A stretch of DNA of 64,000 nt from the human T2T-CHM13v2.0 reference genome, Homo sapiens. This document shows positions 55,080 through 64,000 of this stretch, piece after piece. Below the pieces are notes generated by a model. It was not told the DNA's origin, made no database searches, and worked only from the letters and a program-made list of their open reading frames with translations. A program made the translations under genes and the position numbers. Location: the NCBI RefSeq assembly GCF_009914755.1, contig NC_060936.1; one strand, written 5' to 3'. Within the stretch, counting starts at the first letter, position 1. Every line of letters starts with the position of its first letter.

Positions 55080-56149
55080 TGAGATCCCAGCTGGACAGGA
55101 CTGCTGCAAAGCATCATGGTAGGCGCACTATGCAAATATGCCTCAAGGCCACGCCCCCACCTGATGCTTTATGGAGGACAAAGCTCTGCAGTAATTGTTA
55201 CCTTGATCCTGTCCCTCAGCCCTGACCTGGGGGATGGAGAGCAAGGATCCCTGGCACATGTGCTTGGGGGATGCCCTGGCAGGGACAGAGCTGCGAGACT
55301 GACCCTCTCCCTCCTTGCTGGCTGATTCCCTGGCAGACCTGTTGAATGGGGCTTTCATTTCGCTGACCCTGGGGTCATCTGTTTTCAGAAGGTGAAATAT
55401 GGCCACCTGGTCGTGGACAGAAGCCAGGGAGATAAGGGCCAGGGAGGAGCCTCCCGTCCAACAAGCCGTGACTAATGATGATTGGGGTGTGTTTGGTGGG
55501 GCAGAATTTATTTGGCTCCTGGTTCACCACGGGATTAACTCTTTGTGGACTCTTGAGCTACTGGCTCTGAGGTGTCCAGTTTTCATGCACAGTGGGTTTT
55601 GGATTCTATTCATCCAAACACAAAGTTTAGGGGAGTATGGTGGGAATTTAATAGATATTTGTGATAGTTAAGAGGGGAAGAAGGAAGCAAGGGAGAAAAG
55701 GAGAACAGAAAAGAAGGAAGGAAGGGAGAAAGGAGGAGAGGGAAGGAAGAAAGAGATAAACGTATATTTCATGCCCTTGACCCTTCAGCATAATAAAATT
55801 AACTAGCATTTATCATGTGTTTACCATGAGTCAGGCACTGACACCAAACAATTTACATGTATCATCTCATCTAACCTTCAAATCTATGAGGTACACAGTA
55901 TCATACAAAGCTATTCAACAGACTAGGAAACTGAGACTCATGTATTATTTCGTATGCCCTTTTAATGGATGAGGAAATAGAGCTCAGAGAAATTAAGTTA
56001 CTCACTAGGAAGCGGCAGGGCTGGAAGTCGGACGAAGACTTTATCTTTTTGGCTTCTGATCTTGAACTCTTAGCTGCTGTGCCAAACTGTCTTCTGATGT
56101 AAACAGTGAGGTACCTACACATATTTTTTAATGGTTTTAAAAAACGTTT

Positions 56150-56580
56150 TTCTGTTTGTAACAAACAGCCTCAAAATCCCAGAAGCATACAATAAACATT
56201 TATTTTGATGCTCCAGAGGTTTGCGGTTTGGCTGGGGTTTGGCTGACGTAGGCTGGGCTTGGCTCCAGGCTTCTTGTTGGGCTCAGGCCTTTCTGTTCTA
56301 CATAAGTGCATTCTAGGGGTGCAAGCTTCAGGAGCAGCAGTGACTTGGGGTGCACATGACTTCTTACAGTGAAGCCAAAGAAAACAAGCCCAACCAAGCA
56401 GGCCCATCAGAAACCTTTGCTCTGCCCACAGCCTCTAGCATCCTGTTAGTCAAAGCAAGTCACATGGTCAAAGTCAAGATAGGGACATTCACCCGATAGC
56501 CATGAAGCCAGGGGAAGGATAGGGAAGTGTAGTTCTATAACATGAAAGGAGTGAAGAATGGGGAACAATAACCAACCCAC
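56150..56580 (-). mobile_element. Old MLT1 (J/K-like) LTR
   Basis: 'tgtaacaaacagcctcaaa...catttattt...gtcaaagcaagtcacatggtcaa'. Confidence 0.65.
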
Positions 56581-56794
56581 ATGCCCATGAAGTAGAAAAA
56601 TGTAAGGAATATTATTTGAGGTGGAGGTACAAAAATACAGAACACATGGTATTATCTCTGCCTGCCTAACTTCTCAGTCTCTGTATTTATGCAGAAATGT
56701 CCTCTGCAACTCACACTGAGCAGAAATACACACACACACCAGCAAATAATTGTACATCTCTCTGAATGGTTAGTCACTTTAAAGTCATCTACAT

Positions 56795-57014
56795 CAGTCA
56801 TTCTCAACCAATACCCTTTTGCCCCCTAGGGGATATTTGACCATGTGTGGAGATATTCTTAGTTATCACAACTTGGAGGTGGTGGCATGCTATTGGTATC
56901 TAGTGGGTAGAGGTTAGGGATGCCATTAAGCACCCTAGAATGTGTAGGGCAGCCCCCCACAACAAAAAAACTATCCAGCCCCAATGTCAATAGAGCCCAG
57001 GTTTAGGAACCCTG
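56795..57014. mobile_element. MER20
   Basis: 'ttctcaacc...ttttgccccctaggggatatttg...ggtatctagtgggtagagg...aatgtcaatag'. Confidence 0.9.
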
Positions 57015-58399
57015 AGCTTGAGCAGTGTAACCCAATCTGGTGGCTAAGGAACTTTTAAAAAAAAATACAGATTCTTGGCATTCCAGTGCAGAGGTTTTTG
57101 CTCTGAAGGGTTGAGATTTAGCCTTGGAATCTGTATTTCCAACTAGAAATTTAAGACACTTTGGTTTACTAATCAGAACTTGGAAACTGTTGCTTTTGGT
57201 CCTTGTTATGCCCAGACAGGAACCCCAAATTAAAGATTATTTTAGGATTTACACAGAACAATCCTCCCTTAAGGCCCTCCTAACACTGCCCTCTCCAGAA
57301 ATCTGGCAAATTTGCTTCCCAGCCTCAGGGTTCACAAGGTTTGCCTACAAGTGGAATCTCTAAATAGTCCAGGCAATCTACAATTTCTCTTCCTCCGCTT
57401 CCTTTCACTTTTAAAATGAGGAGGAATTCGAGGAAAATGTAATCCATATGTTTCAGAATCATTTACACTTAAATCATGAAAGTACTGCCGTGGTTTTTAA
57501 GAGCTATTTGATGTTCAAAACACCTTATGAGGATCTTAAAAATAAGTGTTTTAAAGTCTCCTTTTACTTTCAGTTGGATTTTGCTCTGGGTAAATGAATT
57601 CAAACACAGTGAAGCAGGAGGCGGGGGTATTGTGCCGGAAAACCCAAGCCATGAATCTGAAGGAAATTCTACACTCGCCAAATCAGTTCTTCTGCTCTCA
57701 CCTAAGGCATCCCTTGAGATGCATCCATTTCATGCAATAAAATCGATCTATTTTCCCAATGATTACGGATTCAAGCAGTCACTCAGTTGAGTCTTTAGAC
57801 ATCTCCCTTCTCATTTTGCTTTTCATTGTTCCTCAGGTTTCATATTTAAACCATTTTGACTCACTCTAAGTGGAGATCCAATTCCTTCTTCCAATAGGTT
57901 TGTTATTTCTAAATAGCAACTCAGCTCTGTTGCCAACATCACATTTTACTCTTCTTTCTGTACCCCAGGGAGTCCCAGGTGGGAGTCTAAATTCTACAAT
58001 TGACCATATATTTGCTTGCAGTGCAGGTGAGCCTGCCTGTTTGGAAAACTGATTTGGCAAAATACCTCATCTAAGACGTGCTCATCCACAATGGTTCTAC
58101 TTCTGAGAATCTAGCAAAAGGAAATAATTCTAAGTGTGGAGTAATACAGCTTTTCACACTGGTATATTCAGCACCATTTATAATAGAGAAAAACTGCAAA
58201 CAACATAGATAATAATAATGGCAAAAAATGGTGCATTAAATAATGGTTTAGCTTTCAGTGTCAACATTAACACTGGTGGGTACTAAGACTGCTTAAGATA
58301 GGAAAGGGGAAGAGAATGATGTGTTTTGTAATGTGAAAGCAAATAGATTATGCATGCATCCCAGGAAAAGGAGATGCTTCAGGAAATTCTTATGAAGGT

Positions 58400-58570
58400 A
58401 TTAGAATTTCCCTGGTGATCAATAATGTAGAATATTTTTTCATACACCCGTTAGCCATTTGTATGTTTTATTTTGAGAAATGTCTATTAGGGTCTTTTGT
58501 GCATTTTTAAATTGGGTTTTTGTTGTTGTTGTTGTGGAGCTGCTTAAGTTCTTTATATATTCTGGATATA
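58400..58570 (-). mobile_element. L1 ORF2-end fragment
   Basis: 'gccatttgtatgttttattttgagaaatgtctatt...ttctttatatattctggata'. Confidence 0.8.
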
Positions 58571-58574
58571 ATTA

Positions 58575-59375
58575 ACCAGATAAAGGGAAGAGGAAAAGGC
58601 ATTTCGGCCAGGTGAGACATCGTAAGCAAAAGCAGAGAGGTGAGTGGAAAACTGCTATGCATTCGGTGCTGCTAGAGCTCAGAGTTCCAGGCAGGGAGGA
58701 GGAAACACTGAAGTTGGAGCAGAGAGCACAGGGTGGAGATCTTCAATAGCCTGGGCTTTAGCCTGGAGGCAATGAGGAGCCATGGAAGGTGTTATGGAAG
58801 GGGCAGTCATATTTTTACTTTCACACGATAACTATGTCCATGGCATGGAAGATAGATTGAAAAGCAAGAAAGGCAGCTGAGAGACTTCATTGGAACCTAC
58901 TTAAGTGGCACCCAGATGAGATGCTGAAAGCCTTGATTGTTAAGGTCCAAATTCATTCATTCAGCAAGTATTCATTTTGTTATCAATGGAGGTGAGATTT
59001 GTGTGAGGCATGTCTAAAAGGAGCTGAGAAAGAACCTGATGCTTAATTGGAAATCGGGGAGCATGGAGGAGACAATGAACAATGGATGCCAGGTGTGTAG
59101 TTCAAACAGCTGGGTAGATGCTGCTGTTATTTACTGAGCTAGAGGTAAAAGGGTGAGACCAGGATTGGGAGAGAGACAGTGAGTCCAATTTGGGGCAAGG
59201 TGAGCCAAGATGGAGATGCCCAGCTGGCAGGTGGCTGTGTGACCCTGGGACAGGTGTGGGCTAGAGATATTGGTGTAAGAGCTGACAGCACACTGGTGGC
59301 ATTTGAAGCCATGCGAGTGAACAAGATTCACCAGGGAGGGTCTGTTGAGTGAGGAGAGCAGGGCCAGAGACCACA
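58575..59375 (-). mobile_element. L2 fragment
   Basis: 'ggcaatgaggagccatggaagg', 'atttactgag', 'gggctagagata', 'atttgaagccatg'. Confidence 0.75.
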
Positions 59376-61269
59376 CCCTAGGGACAGTTTTAACCATCAC
59401 TTCACTGTAAAAAGTCTGCAAATGCATTTAAACGGGGAAGGTTGCTTTTCAAGGAGAAATTGCTACTAGTCTACTAGCTAGTGTGTTCAGGGAAATATAG
59501 GCAGACTATGCCATGGGGAGAATAGAAAAGCAAAGATGAGAAAGGGGAGGATTTAGGTTAAGATGTGATTTAAAGGGGATATGTGGGCATGGATATCTAC
59601 ATGGAGGGCAGACGGCACAGTACAGAGCATTGTGGCAGAAAAGGAGACCTAGAGAGGTGAGAGAAGAGAGAGGGGGAAATAGGGTTTTGTGAATAAAGGG
59701 ATAAGACAAAGAAAGGGAAAGGAGAGAGTCATAGAGAAAGTGAAAGACCCAGGACTTGGAGAGCTCCCTTCTATGAGCCTCTCTTGCTAGGGAAGGTGGT
59801 GAGTGGGCACACGGTCCAGCCTGCCACTGATCTGGGGTCAGGGGTCCCTGGACCTGATAAGAGAGAGCTGAGTAAGCAGCAACCACAGGCTGACAAGGAG
59901 TCCCTTCATCCTCGCTCCTCCTCAGAACCCAGCATGAGCCCCAGAAAGAAATTTCTCCACCTGCCTCCCTGTGCCAGCATGGAAAGTTCAAGAAGGTCAG
60001 TTACCTCAAATCTCCAGAAGGTCTGACATGGGGGATGCTGTCAACAGACTCTGGGTGGCCCCGTCCCCAGGTAGAAATGAAAGGGGCAGGACTGGCTTCT
60101 AAAGAAAGAAGAAATTTATAGACTCCTAGTCACACCATGACAAAGACTATTTCCGTAGGTAGTTAGTGGCTTATGCCTGGAGGAATTTAAGCTAACAATG
60201 GATAAACACTGAGCAAGGGATGCTGTGGGGTAGATTCCTGTATCAGATGAGTACCTGAGTACATGATCTACCCATTCTTTTCCTCTTGTAGCATTGTGCT
60301 TGGTACATAACTAGGCCTCAAAAAAGTTTGCTATTATTGTTATCATTCATATGAAAGTGTCCAACCTAAAATCCCCAGTGGGGCCAGCAGATATCATAAA
60401 CAGTGACTGGTGGGGATTTTCTAATCCAAACAATGCATGAACACTCCTGCTCACTCCCGCTAGCAGTCCTGCAATGCCAAAAGCATTCTGGTTTTCTGAG
60501 AGAAGCCAGAAATCCATATTGTAGGTGAACTTTTAAAATGTTGGCTCAAAGAACATGTTAACATTAGGCAGGTAAAATAAAACACACCGAGGGCCAGTCT
60601 GCCCATGCCTCATTTGTGACCCCTGAGCTAAGGTCTGTCCAGTCTATGCTTTAGAATCTGGGCTTAAGTTTCCATCCTGACTCTTCCACCTACAGGCTGT
60701 GTGACCTTGAACAAGTTACTTAACCTTTTTGTGTCTCAATGTCCTTAGCCAGGTAATACTTGTTCTGTGGGGTTGTTGTGTGGAATAAATTAGATAACGC
60801 AGCCAAGCTCCTGAGTGATATCCCACGCATGGTAAGACTTAGTAGGTGATCATTGTTGCTGCTGTTGATGATTTTTCCTATGTTCAAGTCATGTTTTATG
60901 TTCCGGGCAGAGTCATTTTATGGCAAATGGTCCACCTGCACCCCACGGTGAGGTCTGGTCTTTTCCCAGTGTGTTGCCTTGGGATCTTGGCTGGCAGCCT
61001 CTTCTTACTACAGGCGTGCCGAGTGATTGCCGGCTACATGTGTACCTGGTGACAACTTTAACCTGGCTGCCGGGATTTAGGGAAGGGAGACAGGGTCAGC
61101 TTGAAGGAGGCTGTTTGGGAAAAGCCGAGTGCTGAAACCTTAGTCCCAAGAAGGTGGAAACAAGCTCAGTTGCTGCCAGGGCTCTGCATTCACACAGTTT
61201 TGCTTATTAGTGCAATCCATGGGGTTGGGAAATAATGCCAAATATTTTTCTGGCTCTTAAGGAACTCAG

Positions 61270-61415
61270 ATTTGAATGTGTTATGAGCCACCTGGGGAGT
61301 GTGTTAAAATGTAGATGCTAATTCTGTAGGTCGGGGGTGGGGCTGAGACCACATTTCTGATGAGCTCCCAGGGGGCGCTGATGCTGCTGGCCCAGGGACC
61401 ACACTTTGAGTAGCA
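61270..61415. mobile_element. MER5A fragment
   Basis: 'tgttaaaatgtagat...gctgatgctgctggcccagggaccacactttgagtagca'. Confidence 0.8.
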
Positions 61416-61676
61416 AGACATTAACCATGGCCCAGCCTCTGGTCTAAGCCTCGGGTAGCTTCAGGAAAAGATGGGGGCCCCAGGAGGAAATGTCCTACAA
61501 ACAAAATAACCTCCAAAGATGAAGAGCATGTTCTAGGATGGGAACCAGAAGTAATATGACCCAAATCATATCATGACCTCATTTTTAAAATGAAACAAGC
61601 TGAGAAAGTTCAAATCACTTGTCCAAGGTCACACAGCTGGAAAGGAGCTGAGCTGAGATTTAAATCCTGTCTTTAA

Positions 61677-62006
<330 letters not shown>

Positions 62007-62379
62007 AAATCCCATCTTTAAGATTCTGGAACCCATGTTCTAACCAAAGGTCTGCTTGTTTCTACTTGGATTAAACAGGTTTTCCTTATGCTCCCCCTCC
62101 CCCACCTCTTCTTCTTTTCCCCCTGCTCCTCCTTCTCTTCCTTCTTCTGCTTCTCTCCTCTTTCTTCTCCTCTTCCTCCTTCTATAAGGAGTGTACATAC
62201 ACATCCTGTATTTTAGTAGTTTCTAACCTAGGATCAGTGGGACCCACAAACCACCTTAATTTAGATGCAAAATTTTGTATACATGTGTGTGTTTTTCCCA
62301 AGGAGCCTGTCCATGACTTTTTTCAGATTCTCAAAGAAATTCAAATACGAAAAATTTACAACCTCTGCTACGGACCTCA

Positions 62380-62431
<52 letters not shown>
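62380..62431. repeat. Compound (TC)n(CA)n microsatellite
   Basis: Read directly from the sequence. Confidence 0.95.
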
Positions 62432-62433
<2 letters not shown>

Positions 62434-63889
62434 CTGAAAGATGGCTACCTTCACTCAGACGTGGCATGAAGATGCTGGGATATGGGCTTTGGGGAGATTG
62501 CCTTGGAGAGCACCCAGCTGCTGGGGTGAGGGTGAAGGATGGGGAGGAGGTGTCTTTTAGATGCTGTCTTGGCCTGCAGTCTGCCTGGACACACAGACAG
62601 CAGCATACATGCTGTGGAAAGAGCATCCTCTCCTGCTCCCTCTCCTCCCATCCTGCACTGGGACAAAAAGCCTAACCCTAGTCTAAGTGAATCCCAAACA
62701 TGAGGAGTCAGGGATGCAAGAGGCTTTGGAGCTTGCTCTTTTTTCACTTCTTGGCTTTGTAGTTGGGGAAACTGAGTCCTGGGGATAGAAAGGGGCATCT
62801 TCAATGCCTCCAGTCAGTGGTGGCAGGGCTGGGTCAGACCTGCACCTCCTAAGTGCTTACCCAGAGCTCTTTCCACCCTCCTTAAGTCAGTCTTTCCCAG
62901 TCTCATCCCGGCCGCAATTCTGTTAACCAGGAATGGAGGCAACCCTGCCATTCTGCCGATGAGCCCAGCTAGAACCCAGGAGATTTTAATGTCATGAGCT
63001 GCTTTTGAAGTAGTCCTTTAAAAATCAAAAGGCCCCAAAGCTCTTTCTCCAGTGTCACCCACTGGACAGTCGGCAGGCTTTATCTGCCAGCACTTAAAAA
63101 AGAAAAGAAAAAACGGAAAGATACTGCCACTAAAGAAGAATCCGAGGCCCCCGGAATCTTAACAAGGCAGCTCTGTTTCTTATCATCTTCAAAAAGCCTT
63201 TATTAAGCCTCTCTGGGCTCATGTGGCCAAGTGAAGCACTTTACAGAATCAGATCAATCAGTGGTCCGTCAACAAATGTGTACCTTGAACCTACTGTGCG
63301 AAGCCGGCGATGTGGGGGGTACGAGGGCATGAGGCGCGACCCTTGACCTCATGTTAGGGATGCCAAGGGTCTATCTGCCCAAAACACTGCCTTATCCAGA
63401 TTAGGGTGGGACAGGTGGTGAGTATTGTTGGGGATAGAAGAGGAAGGAAGGAAAGAAGAGGACAGAGATTCCGGGTACCAGGCAATTAGAACTTCCAACA
63501 CCCTGGGTATCCTGTGATTCAGGTTCTCAGGCCACTGTTTTCATTATCTTTGGCTCTTTGGGGCATGGAAACCATCTTGGGCATGAGATGTTCTCAGTAC
63601 CAGCAGAAGCCTGGTATTCAGAAATGTCTCCAAAGCAGAATCACAGACCTTAAGTTACCAAAAGATGCTGGGAGTGTTTCCAGGTATGGACATAATGATG
63701 CCATGTTTGGAGAATTGTTTTTTGACTTCCAAAACAATTGCAACTAAACTCAGTGATGATGGGCCTTAAGCTGAGGAAATACGTCTTCTTTCTCCATTGG
63801 ATCCTGGCTTAAAGAAAATATAGTTTTAAAAAGGGTTGCAGAAAACAGTTTGGAAAAAAAATCTAGTTTTTTAAGATAGAGGATAAAGG

Positions 63890-64000
63890 ACTTTTGAAGT
63901 CACTCAGACCTGAGGTGCAAAACTTATCTTTGCTACTTTTCTGGCTGTGTGACTTTTGGCAGGTTACTTAACCTCTCTGTGCCTCAGTTTACTCATCTGC
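63890..64000 (+). mobile_element. MIR (runs off the window end)
   Basis: 'ggctgtgtgactt..ggcaggttacttaacctctctgtgcctcagtttactcatctg'. Confidence 0.85.

Noticed and set aside
59506-59991. 161-aa minus-strand ORF
   Set aside because: It runs antisense through a purine-rich low-complexity or old-repeat region and has no recognisable domain.
63295-63345. Small CpG cluster as a CpG island or promoter
   Set aside because: Only ~50 bp long and embedded in L2-like sequence, far below island size.

Overview
Primate (human-like) non-coding genomic DNA. I found no credible protein-coding exon or CpG island, and the ORF track is explained by repeats, low-complexity sequence and one dead provirus. The window has two domains. 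In about 1-18 kb the repeats look eroded and deletion-rich, and the five LTR/L1 insertions all lie on the + strand with their poly(A) signals destroyed. This domain holds a two-LTR class I ERV (9046-14289; tRNA-Arg PBS, gag/pro/partial pol/IN relics) and a templated patchwork insertion inside an L1 fragment. It is a candidate long germline non-coding transcription unit, possibly a piRNA precursor (inference only). From about 18 to 64 kb the DNA is ordinary, rich in MIR, L2, MaLR, ERVL, Alu and hAT repeats. It contains a tailless 5S rRNA retro-insertion with a 15-bp TSD (39699-39740), a 150-bp inverted duplication beside a MER45-like transposon, and a 28-29 bp minisatellite. Repeat family names come from my recall of consensus sequences, and the boundaries of old repeats are approximate.
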